A stretch of 56,522 nucleotides of DNA from Pseudothermotoga sp. (GTDB taxonomy: Bacteria; Thermotogota; Thermotogae; Thermotogales; DSM-5069): contig JBBFME010000001.1 in assembly GCA_037478695.1 (NCBI GenBank), positions 1 to 56,522 of the forward strand. The letters are read 5' to 3'. The notes under the pieces were generated by a model. The model was not told the DNA's origin, searched no databases, and worked only from the letters and a program-made list of their open reading frames with translations. How positions within the stretch are numbered: position 1 is the first letter of the stretch; each line of letters starts with the position of its first letter. The translations under genes and the position numbers were made by a program. Below are positions 10,038-19,893 of this stretch, one piece after another.

Positions 10038-10919
10038 TTGAGAAAATTTGAAACAAAGTGGGGTATAATGCTTGCTTTACCAGGAATTCTTGGATACTTT
10101 CTATGGGTACTTGGACCAACGATTGCCGCAATTTTCATGAGTTTCACGAATTGGTCGCTGGCTGGTCAACCTCAATGGATAGGTTTGGAGAACTATTCAA
10201 AACTGTTCAGTGATTTCATATTCAAGAAATCACTGTTTGTAACCTTTTACTATGCTATTGGCAGCGTTATTGTAAGTCTTCTTGTCAGCTTCTTTTGGGC
10301 GTTGTTGTTGAATGTGAAAGTTCCTGGAAGGTCTCTTTTTAGAACATTTTTCTTCATACCATCAATTACACCATCTGTAGCAGTTGCAATGGTGTGGCTG
10401 ACCCTATACCATCCTCAGTTTGGTTTACTCAATCACATTTTCAAATCCTTTGGTTTACCAGCGCTCAAATGGATCTACGATGAAAAACAAGTGATACCGG
10501 CATTCATTGTGATGAGTACCTGGACCATAGGTTACACAATAACGATCTTTCTTGCCGGATTACAAGGTATACCAGAATATCTCTACGAAGCAGCGATGCT
10601 CGATGGTGCTACTTGGTGGCACAGACTTCGTCATGTGACCATACCAATGATGACACCTACTATATTCTTCAACTTGCTCATGGGAGTCATAGGAGCATTG
10701 CAGGGGGGATTCACACAAGCGTACATCATGACCAGTGGTGGACCAAATTATGCAAGTATGTTCTATACATACTATATTTTTCTCAATGGTTTTCAATACG
10801 GGAAAATGGGATACGCTTGCGCTTTGTCGGTGATAATCTTTGTAATAATAATGATTCTGACTCTTATCATATTCAGAACATCTCGATACTGGGTCTATTA
10901 CGAAGCACTGCGAAAGTAG
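10038..10919 (+). CDS. Carbohydrate ABC permease
   Basis: FLAGLQGIPEYLYEAAMLDGA, TSGGP. Confidence 0.9.
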   Translation: MRKFETKWGIMLALPGILGYFLWVLGPTIAAIFMSFTNWSLAGQPQWIGLENYSKLFSDFIFKKSLFVTFYYAIGSVIVSLLVSFFWALLLNVKVPGRSLFRTFFFIPSITPSVAVAMVWLTLYHPQFGLLNHIFKSFGLPALKWIYDEKQVIPAFIVMSTWTIGYTITIFLAGLQGIPEYLYEAAMLDGATWWHRLRHVTIPMMTPTIFFNLLMGVIGALQGGFTQAYIMTSGGPNYASMFYTYYIFLNGFQYGKMGYACALSVIIFVIIMILTLIIFRTSRYWVYYEALRK

Positions 10920-10922
10920 TGT

Positions 10923-11780
10923 GTGGAGGTGTTAAGAGTGGTTCATTCAAAGAGAACGACCCTTCTCACTGGAAAGACTATTACCTTCGTTATCTTGGTT
11001 TTGGGTTCTGTTGTTTACCTGATGCCTTTTCTTTGGCTTCTAAGAAGTTCTCTTATGTCCTCAGGTCAGATCTTCAGAATGCCACTCGAGTGGGTACCAA
11101 AACCCTTCAGGTGGCAGAACTATCCTCAAGCTTTGACGGCAATGCCTTTTTTCAGATATCTGTTCAACACGCTGATTGTGTTATTTTTTGTAGAGGCAGG
11201 CACTCTATTAACGGCTCCTATGGCTGCTTTTGCCTTTTCGAGACTTCGCTGGCGTGGTAGAGATCTGTTGTTTTTCATAATCCTGACATCTCTCATGATA
11301 CCTTATGCTGTAACTTTAATTCCCACATTTATCTTGTGGAAATCTTTGGGTTTCGTAAATACCTACTTGCCACTGACCGTCCCGGCTTGGTTTGGTGGAA
11401 GCGCTTATTACATTTTCATGCTCAGGCAATTTTTCTCAGGACTGCCAATTGAACTCGATGAAGCAGCTTATCTTGATGGGGCAACGCCATGGCAAGTTCT
11501 GTGGAGAATAGTTGTTCCTCTTTCTAAACCTGCACTCATAACTGTGGCTGTGTTTACTTTTCTGGGTGTATGGGGAGACTTGATGGGACCAATCATTTAT
11601 TTGAATGATGCAAACAAATACACATTAGCGGTTGGTTTAACCATCTTTCGTGGTGCCTACAGCACCAAGTGGAATTTGTTGATGGCAGCTTCCTCGGTGA
11701 TTATGATTCCGCCGATCTTGATTTACTTCATTGGGCAGAACTACTTTCAACGTGGCATAGTTATGACGGGAATGAAATGA
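10923..11780 (+). CDS. Carbohydrate ABC permease
   Basis: LRQFFSGLPIELDEAAYLDGA, YTLAVGL. Confidence 0.9.
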   Translation: MEVLRVVHSKRTTLLTGKTITFVILVLGSVVYLMPFLWLLRSSLMSSGQIFRMPLEWVPKPFRWQNYPQALTAMPFFRYLFNTLIVLFFVEAGTLLTAPMAAFAFSRLRWRGRDLLFFIILTSLMIPYAVTLIPTFILWKSLGFVNTYLPLTVPAWFGGSAYYIFMLRQFFSGLPIELDEAAYLDGATPWQVLWRIVVPLSKPALITVAVFTFLGVWGDLMGPIIYLNDANKYTLAVGLTIFRGAYSTKWNLLMAASSVIMIPPILIYFIGQNYFQRGIVMTGMK

Positions 11781-11796
11781 TCAAAAAGGAGGTTGA

Positions 11797-13692
11797 GTGG
11801 CAATGGGAAAAAAGGTACCTGTTGATACACAGAAAAGTCCTTATGCATTTTTGGAAGGTTTAGAAATATCTGATGTTCACATTTCAGGCTTTCTTGGTGA
11901 TTACCTCGATCGAGCAGCCAATGTAACACTACCGAGTATGTATGAAATGCTTGAAAAGGAAGGAAGAATAGACAACTTGAGATTTGCCTCTGGTAAGAAA
12001 AAGGGTACTTTCAAAGGATTTCGCTTCAACGATACTGATGTACACAAATGGGCTGAAGCCGTTTCTTTTCTCTTTGCAACAAAAGTAGATACAAGGCTCG
12101 AAAAGAATCTCGACTCTGCTATTGAGGAAATCAGGGCAGCTCAAGACGAAGATGGTTATGTCGATAGTTATTATCCCAAAGATAAAAGAAATGAAAGATG
12201 GACAGATCTGGGATGGTCTCACGAAATGTATTGTGCAGGACATCTTATCCAAGCTGCCGTTGCACATAAAAGAGTCACTGGTAAGAATTCCTTACTCGAA
12301 ATAGCTAAGAGATTTGCCGATCATATCGATACTGTTTTTGGACCAGGCAAGAAACCCGAGTTGGACGGGCATCCCGAAGTCGAGATGGCGCTCGTCGAAC
12401 TTTACAGGGAAACCGGTGATGACAAGTATCTCAAATTAGCAGACTATTTTGTGCGAGCACGAGGTAGAGGCTATGCGAGCAGTTCAAAGTATCCTGGAAT
12501 AACCCGAGAATATTTCGTGGACCATAAACCGTTCATCGAACTGGACCAGGTTGTTGGCCACGCCGTGAGAATGTTGTACTTGTGCTGTGGGGCTGCTGAC
12601 TTGTATTTGGAAACCGGCGCAGAAGATCTCTGGCGTGCACTTGAGAGACTGTGGCATGATTTGGTCGAAAAGAAAATGTACATCACTGGGGGATGCGGAG
12701 CTCGAGCAGAAGGGGAAGCCTTTGGTAACGAGTACGAATTGCCAAACAAGAAAGCATACACAGAAACTTGTGCAGCAATTGCCAGTTTCATGTGGAATTA
12801 CAGAATGTTCTTGGCAACAGGTGATGCAAAGTATGTAGACATCATGGAGCAAGTACTATACAATGGACTGCTTTCAGGTATCTCCTTGGACGGAAAGCAT
12901 TATTTCTATGATAACCCACTCGAAAGCGACGGTACACACAGAAGAAAAGAATGGTTTGAATGTGCGTGTTGTCCACCAAACATAGCCAGGTTAATTACCT
13001 CTCTGCCTGGATACATATACTCTATGAAGAAGGATGGTTCAGCTGTTTTTGTCAATCTTTATGAGAAAAACACAGCTAACATCAGAACACGTTTTGGAAT
13101 GATGGCGCTGGCAATGGAAACAGATTATCCATGGTCTGCACAAGTGCAGATCCGTGTAGCAAGTTCACAAATCACGGACCCGGTGGCGATCTATCTGAGA
13201 ATACCAAGTTGGGCAAGAGATTTCTCGATAAAAGTCAACGGTCAAGATGTGAGCACCGAACCGCAGAATGGCTATGCGGGGATAAAAAGGATCTGGAAAA
13301 CAGGAGATTCTATAGATTTGTCACTTTCGATGCTCGTAGAGACGATTCAGAGCCATCCGTTTGTAGAAGAGAGCAGAGGAAAGGTTGCAATTAAGAGAGG
13401 ACCTATTGTCTATTGTGCAGAAGCCGCAGATAATGATTTTGAAGTTCGGGCATTAGGATTACCCAAAAATCCTCAGTTGCAAGTTCACTACAACAGCATT
13501 CCTGTTTTGGGTAAGATTGTTTCGATTTCAGGACAAGGTTTTGCTCAGGACATGAAAGACTGGAAAGGTGCACTCTATATACCCACGGAAAAACTGAAGG
13601 CGGATAAACCAGTTGAGGTGCGGCTCGTTCCTTATTATTCTTGGGCAAATAGGACTGCAGGACCAATGGTTGTGTGGGTAAGATCAATTTGA
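11797..13692 (+). CDS. GH127 beta-L-arabinofuranosidase (HypBA1/DUF1680 family)
   Basis: HEMYCAGHL, GHPEVEMAL, GHAVR, YTETCAAI and the Zn/Cys motif CACCPPN; no signal peptide, so cytoplasmic. Confidence 0.9.
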   Translation: MAMGKKVPVDTQKSPYAFLEGLEISDVHISGFLGDYLDRAANVTLPSMYEMLEKEGRIDNLRFASGKKKGTFKGFRFNDTDVHKWAEAVSFLFATKVDTRLEKNLDSAIEEIRAAQDEDGYVDSYYPKDKRNERWTDLGWSHEMYCAGHLIQAAVAHKRVTGKNSLLEIAKRFADHIDTVFGPGKKPELDGHPEVEMALVELYRETGDDKYLKLADYFVRARGRGYASSSKYPGITREYFVDHKPFIELDQVVGHAVRMLYLCCGAADLYLETGAEDLWRALERLWHDLVEKKMYITGGCGARAEGEAFGNEYELPNKKAYTETCAAIASFMWNYRMFLATGDAKYVDIMEQVLYNGLLSGISLDGKHYFYDNPLESDGTHRRKEWFECACCPPNIARLITSLPGYIYSMKKDGSAVFVNLYEKNTANIRTRFGMMALAMETDYPWSAQVQIRVASSQITDPVAIYLRIPSWARDFSIKVNGQDVSTEPQNGYAGIKRIWKTGDSIDLSLSMLVETIQSHPFVEESRGKVAIKRGPIVYCAEAADNDFEVRALGLPKNPQLQVHYNSIPVLGKIVSISGQGFAQDMKDWKGALYIPTEKLKADKPVEVRLVPYYSWANRTAGPMVVWVRSI

Positions 13693-13711
13693 ATTAGAAA
13701 GGGGAAAGTAA

Positions 13712-14797
13712 ATGAAAAGAGCCAAGCAATTAATCGATTATGTAAGATCCAACGTTCACAAGGATATAGATACAGTGATGATTTGGAACTATGAAAGCTC
13801 ATCAACAGCAAATACCTTCTACTTGTCCGGTTTTCGAGGTTCGTGCAGCATTCTGATAATTCGGGATGAATCCAATTACATAATCACTGATTCAAGATAC
13901 TTTGAACAAGCAGAACAAGAAAGCAACTTTGTTTTGGTCAAACACACTGGTGGCAAACTGACAAGAACTGTGGCGTCTTTTCTTAAGGAACTGTCTGCGC
14001 AATTCATAGGTTTCGAAGCAGAAAGACTTGACTGCAAGACTTATGGAGAACTGAGCGAAGAACTGAAAGCTAAGTTCATACCAGTAGATGACGTGCTCTA
14101 CAGAATGCGTTCCACTAAAAGTGAGGAAGAAATAGACAAAATACGTGCTGCGAGCAGAATAGCCGAACAGGCTTTTAGAGAAACCCTTAATCATATTAAG
14201 GAGGGTATATCAGAAATTGAGATTTGTGCCGAACTCGAATACAGGATCAAGAAATTAGGTGGACAAGTGGGGTTTGAAACTCTCATTGGTTCAGGACCCA
14301 GTACTTCAAAACCACATGTCAAACCCACGGCGAAAAAGATACGAAATGGAGAATTGATCTTGTTCGACTTCGGTGCGCGCGTTGACGGTTACTGCTGTGA
14401 TATAACAAGAATGGTGGTACTGGGGAAACCGTCTGTGGAGATGACTGAGTGTTACGAGTTGGTGAGACAATCTCTTGACAAAGCGACAAATGAAGGCAAG
14501 GCTGGGATGATCCCCAGTCGAGTCGACGAAGTAGCGAGGTCTGTTATTCTTCAGAGTAAGTACACTGAATACTGCTTCAAATACGGACTGGGACATGGTA
14601 TAGGACTCGAAGTCCACGAGGCACCCAGAATGGGGCCAACGTTTAATGAACCACTCCCAACCGGAGCGGTAGTAACGGTGGAACCAGGAATCTACATACC
14701 AGGGAAATTCGGCATCAGGATAGAAAACGATGTAATTGTCCGTGAAAATTGTTTTGAGAGACTCACAGATTTGAGTGAAGAGCTTGTCATGATCTAA
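13712..14797 (+). CDS. Xaa-Pro aminopeptidase/dipeptidase (M24B)
   Basis: Creatinase-like N-domain (TDSRY); metal ligands in FDFG, CDITR, GHGIGLEVHE, TVEPGIY, GIRIEND. Confidence 0.9.
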   Translation: MKRAKQLIDYVRSNVHKDIDTVMIWNYESSSTANTFYLSGFRGSCSILIIRDESNYIITDSRYFEQAEQESNFVLVKHTGGKLTRTVASFLKELSAQFIGFEAERLDCKTYGELSEELKAKFIPVDDVLYRMRSTKSEEEIDKIRAASRIAEQAFRETLNHIKEGISEIEICAELEYRIKKLGGQVGFETLIGSGPSTSKPHVKPTAKKIRNGELILFDFGARVDGYCCDITRMVVLGKPSVEMTECYELVRQSLDKATNEGKAGMIPSRVDEVARSVILQSKYTEYCFKYGLGHGIGLEVHEAPRMGPTFNEPLPTGAVVTVEPGIYIPGKFGIRIENDVIVRENCFERLTDLSEELVMI

Positions 14798-14822
14798 AAT
14801 GTAACCACAGGAGGTGGGTGGT

Positions 14823-17234
14823 TTGAAAACAAGTCTTGACAAAGAAATCGAGCGAAGACGCTCAAGTATAAAACCAGTGAGTGATCGAATTGAGAAGTTG
14901 AGAGAGGAGAGTATTCAAGCGAAAGAAAGAATATCTCTCGAGCGAGCAAAGTTGGTAACGGATTTTTACAGAACTAAAGCTCCGAAGAATGTTTCATACG
15001 CCGTTCTTCGTGCTATGGCTTTCAAATACCTCATGGAGAACTGTAGTCTCCCATTGGAAGAAGGTCAACTCATAGTTGGTATTCGAGGAACAGGACCAAA
15101 AGAGGTTCCAACATACCCTGAAATATGTGTTCACACACTTGAAGATCTCGATACACTCGCAACAAGAAAGAACATGCCATTTCAAGTTGATGATCAGGTA
15201 CGTGGCATTTACGAGCAAGAGATTATACCTTTCTGGCGTGGACAAGCGATGAGAGATATCATTTTCGAAAACATGACGCGGGAATGGAAAGACGCATATG
15301 AAGCGGGAATCTGGACTGAATTCATGGAACAAAGAGCACCTGGGCACACCTCTGGTGGTGGATGGATTTTCAGAACGGGTGTTTTGGATATAAAGAAGAG
15401 AATAAAGGAAAAAATCGACCAACTTGCTCCTTCAGATCAAGAATATTTTGAAAAACTTGAAGAACTCAAGGCCATGGATATTGCTTGCGATGCAATTCTA
15501 ATCTATGCAAGGCGATATAGTAAAAAATTGAAAGACCTCGCTGCGAACGAGCAAAATTTCCAAAGAAGGCAAGAACTCTTGAAGATGGCGGAGATCTGCG
15601 AAAAGGTCCCAGCGCATGCGCCAGAGAGTTTTTGGGAAGCTCTTCAACATTATTGGTTTATCCACGTTGGTATCACCTATGAGACTAATCCCTGGGATTC
15701 TTTCACACCTGGCAGATTAGACCAACATCTCTATTCATTCTATTCAAGAGATATAATGTCGGGTGCTTTGACCAGAGAAAGGGCAAAAGAACTGCTTCAA
15801 GCGTTTTGGATCAAGTTCAACAATCAACCATCGGTTCCAAAGGTGAAGATAACCGCCGAAGAAAGTTTTACCTACAACGATTTTTCAAAGATCAACATAG
15901 GTGGACTTAAGACAGATGGTTCTGATGCGGTAAATGATCTTTCCTATTTGATTTTGGAAGTACTTTCTGAAATGAGAACACTTCAACCGAACACAGCTGC
16001 TCTCATAAGTGATAAGAATCCTGATGCTTTCTTAATGAAAGCATTGGAAGCACTCTCTCCTGGTTTTGGTGAACCACCTCTTTTCAACTACGACAGGATA
16101 ATTGTAAAGATGTTGCGTCAAGGGAAGACGCTTGAAGATGCAAGAGAATCAGGTGTGAGCGGATGTGTCGAGACAGGTGCACTCGGTAAAGAAGCCTATA
16201 TTCTGACAGGTTATCTGAACATGCCAAAGATTCTGGAGATAACACTCAACGGTGGTATCGATCCACGAACAGGTAAGCGCATAGGCTTGGAAACACAAAT
16301 ACCACAGAGTTTCGATGACCTTTGGAGTTCTTTTGTGAAACAACTTCGATATTTCATAGATGTAAAGATGAAAGGCAATGACATCATAGAGGCCCTCTAT
16401 GCCAAGTATTTGCCTGTCCCTTTCATGTCTTTGTGGATTCAAGATTGTGTGGAGAATGCAAGAGATTATAATTCGGGTGGAGCTCGATACAACACTCAGT
16501 ACATTCAGTTCGTTGGCCTGGGGACTGTGACAGATTCACTTGCTTCTGTGAAGTGGAACGTTTTCGACAAGAAGCTTTTCACTTATCAAGAAGTTCTGAA
16601 AGCTTTGCGTGAAGACTTTCAAGGTTATGAACATATGAGACAGATCTTTCTGAACAAAACTCCGAAGTATGGCAACGACGACGATTATGCTGACAATATA
16701 GCTAAGAAACTTGTCGATGAAATTATTCGAATTGTGGAGAGTTATGCCCCCTCACCCATAAGAAAGGCGTCTCGAAGAGCTTATTTTCTTCCGACGACTG
16801 TTCACGTTTACTTTGGTAGTGTAACTGGGGCAACCTGCGATGGTAGAAAAGCTGGTATGCCTGTTTCAGAAGGTATCTCACCTGTCCAAGGCGCAGACAG
16901 AAAAGGGATAGCGGCTGTTTTCAATTCTGTCTGCAAGTGCGATTGGGACAAAACAGGTGGGGCATTGCTCAATCAAAAACTCACGCCCGATTTGGTACAA
17001 GATAATACAAATCTGACCAAACTTGGGAAACTCATAAGGACCTTTTTCAGAATGGGTGGACACCATGTACAGTTCAATGTAGTCTCTTCAGAATTGTTGA
17101 GAGAGGCCCAGAAAAGGCCAACGGATTTTCAAGACTTAATGGTGAGGGTTGCCGGTTACAGCGATTATTTTGTCAGTCTCCCTAAGGGATTGCAGGAAGA
17201 GATCATAGCGCGAACGGAGCAAGGTGAACTATAA
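14823..17234 (+). CDS. hypD: Glycyl radical enzyme, trans-4-hydroxy-L-proline dehydratase (HypD)-like
   Basis: Gly-radical loop LMVRVAGYS; Cys loop SGCVE; HypD-type segments EQRAPGH, NPWDSFTPGRLDQ, ES.TY.DF, EAYILTGY, LPTT.H.YFG (compared from memory). Single Cys rather than the CC of PFL. Start TTG 14823 or GTG 14814. Confidence 0.8.
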   Translation: MKTSLDKEIERRRSSIKPVSDRIEKLREESIQAKERISLERAKLVTDFYRTKAPKNVSYAVLRAMAFKYLMENCSLPLEEGQLIVGIRGTGPKEVPTYPEICVHTLEDLDTLATRKNMPFQVDDQVRGIYEQEIIPFWRGQAMRDIIFENMTREWKDAYEAGIWTEFMEQRAPGHTSGGGWIFRTGVLDIKKRIKEKIDQLAPSDQEYFEKLEELKAMDIACDAILIYARRYSKKLKDLAANEQNFQRRQELLKMAEICEKVPAHAPESFWEALQHYWFIHVGITYETNPWDSFTPGRLDQHLYSFYSRDIMSGALTRERAKELLQAFWIKFNNQPSVPKVKITAEESFTYNDFSKINIGGLKTDGSDAVNDLSYLILEVLSEMRTLQPNTAALISDKNPDAFLMKALEALSPGFGEPPLFNYDRIIVKMLRQGKTLEDARESGVSGCVETGALGKEAYILTGYLNMPKILEITLNGGIDPRTGKRIGLETQIPQSFDDLWSSFVKQLRYFIDVKMKGNDIIEALYAKYLPVPFMSLWIQDCVENARDYNSGGARYNTQYIQFVGLGTVTDSLASVKWNVFDKKLFTYQEVLKALREDFQGYEHMRQIFLNKTPKYGNDDDYADNIAKKLVDEIIRIVESYAPSPIRKASRRAYFLPTTVHVYFGSVTGATCDGRKAGMPVSEGISPVQGADRKGIAAVFNSVCKCDWDKTGGALLNQKLTPDLVQDNTNLTKLGKLIRTFFRMGGHHVQFNVVSSELLREAQKRPTDFQDLMVRVAGYSDYFVSLPKGLQEEIIARTEQGEL

Positions 17235-17236
17235 AA

Positions 17237-18133
17237 ATGCGCGCGCTTGTCTTTAACATACAGAGATTCTCCGTACACGATGGCCCCGGAATAAGAACAA
17301 CTGTGTTTTTGAAAGGGTGTCCTCTCTCTTGTCTATGGTGTCACAACCCAGAAGGCATATCTCCAAAGGCCGAACTGATGTGGGCGAAGTACAAGTGCAT
17401 ACACTGTGGGTCATGTATTGCTTCATGTCCAAATCACGCTTTGAGTTTTAATGGTGATCTCTTGATTCTGAGAAAGGATCAATGTACGCTTTGTGGAAGA
17501 TGTACACAATATTGCCCGACAACTGCTCTCAAGAGTGTCGGGCAGTTGATGGAACCAGAAGATCTCTTGAAGGAATTACAAAAAGACATAATGTACTTTG
17601 ACCAATCTGATGGTGGTGTAACCTTTTCTGGTGGTGAGCCATTGTTACAGAGCGAGTTTCTGTTGGAAGTATTACCCAAAATCAAATCACAAGGGATAAA
17701 CGTTGCCATTGATACCTCTGGTTATGTGAGCCAGGAATGTCTGGAAAAACTTCTGCCGTTTGTGGATTTGTTTTTGTATGACCTGAAGATCATCGACGAA
17801 GAGAAACACATCAGGTACACCGGTGTCAGCAACGGTGTGATAAAAGACAATCTGAGATTACTCATTGAAAAAGGAAAAAAAATAGTGATTCGCATTCCTG
17901 TGATACCATGTGTGAACGATTCACAACAAGACGTAGAAGACCTGTGCAACTTTTTGGCTTCACTCAACACCAGGCTGAAGATAGATTTGCTGCCTTATCA
18001 CAATGTTTCAGAGAAATACTCAGCACTTTGGAAAGAGTATAAAATGAGCAACTCAAAAGATATCAACAAGGCAGTGAAATATGTGGAAGGTAAAATAAGT
18101 TCAAGAGGCTTTCAAGTGAAAATTGGAGGATGA
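17237..18133 (+). CDS. Glycyl-radical enzyme activating enzyme (radical SAM)
   Basis: HDGPGIRTTVFLKGCPLSCLWCHNPE (CX3CX2C), ferredoxin insert with two CxxCxxCxxxC, SGGEP. Confidence 0.93.
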   Translation: MRALVFNIQRFSVHDGPGIRTTVFLKGCPLSCLWCHNPEGISPKAELMWAKYKCIHCGSCIASCPNHALSFNGDLLILRKDQCTLCGRCTQYCPTTALKSVGQLMEPEDLLKELQKDIMYFDQSDGGVTFSGGEPLLQSEFLLEVLPKIKSQGINVAIDTSGYVSQECLEKLLPFVDLFLYDLKIIDEEKHIRYTGVSNGVIKDNLRLLIEKGKKIVIRIPVIPCVNDSQQDVEDLCNFLASLNTRLKIDLLPYHNVSEKYSALWKEYKMSNSKDINKAVKYVEGKISSRGFQVKIGG

Positions 18134-18337
18134 AAATTCCAGTTTGTTTCTCATAATGAGAAAATTCATCTTCGAACTTGGATATCAGTTTCTACTCATT
18201 CGTGGTTTGCAAAGAAAATTCTATGTAAAAGACATAAAGATTACGAGAAATTCAAAGATACAATGAACAGGACAGAGCATCTCGTTGCTAATTGCTCCAA
18301 AAGCCTTGAATTACCTTGTTGAAGGCTTTCTTGCAGT

Positions 18338-18384
18338 TTGACAGGGAAGCCTTCATTGTTGATAATACTAATGTACGTACATAT
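18338..18384 (+). promoter_or_regulatory. Promoter of ABC operon 3 with AraR-type operator
   Basis: TTGACA (18338-18343), 17 bp, GATAAT (18361-18366); TAATGTAC|GTACATAT (18369-18384). Confidence 0.82.
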
Positions 18385-18627
18385 ACTGAGGTATCTCCGA
18401 ACTTGCTAAGCATTTTGCATAAGCGTGATTCATTCTACCACTCTTGTAGCTTATCTTGGTTGAGATAGTTCTTTTCTGCCAAAACATTGTGAACAAAGCG
18501 GGGGTGATGAGGGTGAGAGATCTCAAACACGAAACAGGCTTTACTTAGTTTTGAAATTCATTCTGCAGATTTTCAACCATCAATCAGCGCTCAATTGCGG
18601 GGTTAAACCTCAAGGAGGTGAAAGTTT

Positions 18628-19869
18628 ATGGGTATGAAGAGGATTCTCTTGGTGATTTTTGCCCTCCTGTTTGTAGCTTCGTTAGTGAATGCAAAGATAA
18701 CTTTGACGTTCATGACCCCTCTTGCTGGTGAAGACGGTGCATACATGGACAAGATCATTCAGAGGTTCAATGCAGAACATCCGGATATCGAAGTTGTTCA
18801 CCTTGTTCTGGTGAATGATCTTGAGTACAAGATGAAACTGTCCACAGGTGTTGCTACGAAACAAGCACCACAAGTTTTGTTCACTCGAAAGTATGTATTG
18901 CCAGCCTTCAAAGATCTTTTGAAGACATTTACTGCTGATGAACTCGAAGGATATGGAATCGACGTTAACGATATTTACGCAGGTTTGATCGAAGGGTTGA
19001 TTGAAAACGGCAAGATCTACGGAATACCGCTTGACTGCTGGATATTCTACATGGCTTACAACCGCGGTAATTTCGTGAAGGCCGGTCTTGATCCCAACAA
19101 GCCACCGACAAATAGAGAAGAGTTTTTTGCGGCTTTAGAAGCGTTGAAGAAAGTCACACCGCAAGGGGTAACTCCATATTATGAAAACCCATCTTGGAGC
19201 TGGCTATGGGTACATTATCTATGGCAGTTCGGTGGCGACTTACTCACACCAGATTTCAAAGAGCCAGCCTTCATGGAAGCTGGTGCAAAAGCACTGAGAT
19301 TCATGATGGAAATGCAAGATAAGGGATACTTGCCAAAGGCAAGTGTTGATCCAGGTCCGGTCTTTCTTGGTGGGCAATCCACCTTCCTGATCACAGGAAT
19401 TTGGACGGCAGCAGCATTCAAAGAAGCTTTGGGAGAGAACTTTGGAGCAGCTCCTGCGCCACAACTTGGTACCCACAAGGCAGTTTTCGGTGGTTCCCAT
19501 GTTCTTGCCTTAACGAAGGTCATGGTTGAAGATCCAGCTGTGCTCAAAGCTGCTATGACTTGGGTCAAATACCTTTGGGATCATGCTATAGAATGGTACG
19601 CAGCTGGACAAACCCCAGCAAGAATATCGATCGCACAGAGCCGGGAGCTGAAGGAAAAACTTCCACACATATACGCGGTTGCTCAACAGCTTCCAAACGT
19701 TAAGACATTCCAGATGTTCCCGATACTCTCCGAGGTCTTAGATGCTGTGGCAGTACATCTTGAGGATGTACTCGTTACTCGAAAGTTGACACCAGAAAAG
19801 GCTATGCAGATGGCTGCCGACGAAGTGAGGGACATCTTGGAAGACTACTGGTCTGGTCAAAAGAAATAA
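18628..19869 (+). CDS. Sugar ABC substrate-binding protein (family 1)
   Basis: AAGGAGG RBS, signal peptide, IYGIPLD, AYNRGNFVKAGLDP.KPP. Confidence 0.9.
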   Translation: MGMKRILLVIFALLFVASLVNAKITLTFMTPLAGEDGAYMDKIIQRFNAEHPDIEVVHLVLVNDLEYKMKLSTGVATKQAPQVLFTRKYVLPAFKDLLKTFTADELEGYGIDVNDIYAGLIEGLIENGKIYGIPLDCWIFYMAYNRGNFVKAGLDPNKPPTNREEFFAALEALKKVTPQGVTPYYENPSWSWLWVHYLWQFGGDLLTPDFKEPAFMEAGAKALRFMMEMQDKGYLPKASVDPGPVFLGGQSTFLITGIWTAAAFKEALGENFGAAPAPQLGTHKAVFGGSHVLALTKVMVEDPAVLKAAMTWVKYLWDHAIEWYAAGQTPARISIAQSRELKEKLPHIYAVAQQLPNVKTFQMFPILSEVLDAVAVHLEDVLVTRKLTPEKAMQMAADEVRDILEDYWSGQKK

Positions 19870-19893
19870 GATTTAGGGGAGGAGGTGTGAGCT

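Noticed and set aside
14823-17234. Pyruvate formate-lyase or choline TMA-lyase/propanediol dehydratase assignment for the GRE
   Set aside because: It lacks the PFL Cys-Cys pair, has no microcompartment genes nearby, and its flanking motifs fit HypD better.
3550-18301. Shared 13-mer TAATTGCTCCAAA at 3550-3562 and 18289-18301
   Set aside because: The two copies sit at different distances from their promoters, and a 13-mer match is expected by chance in 56 kb.
18507-18548. 13-codon ORF (MRVRDLKHETGFT) in the long leader of ABC operon 3
   Set aside because: Short, no informative codon run or attenuator hairpin; compatible with chance.
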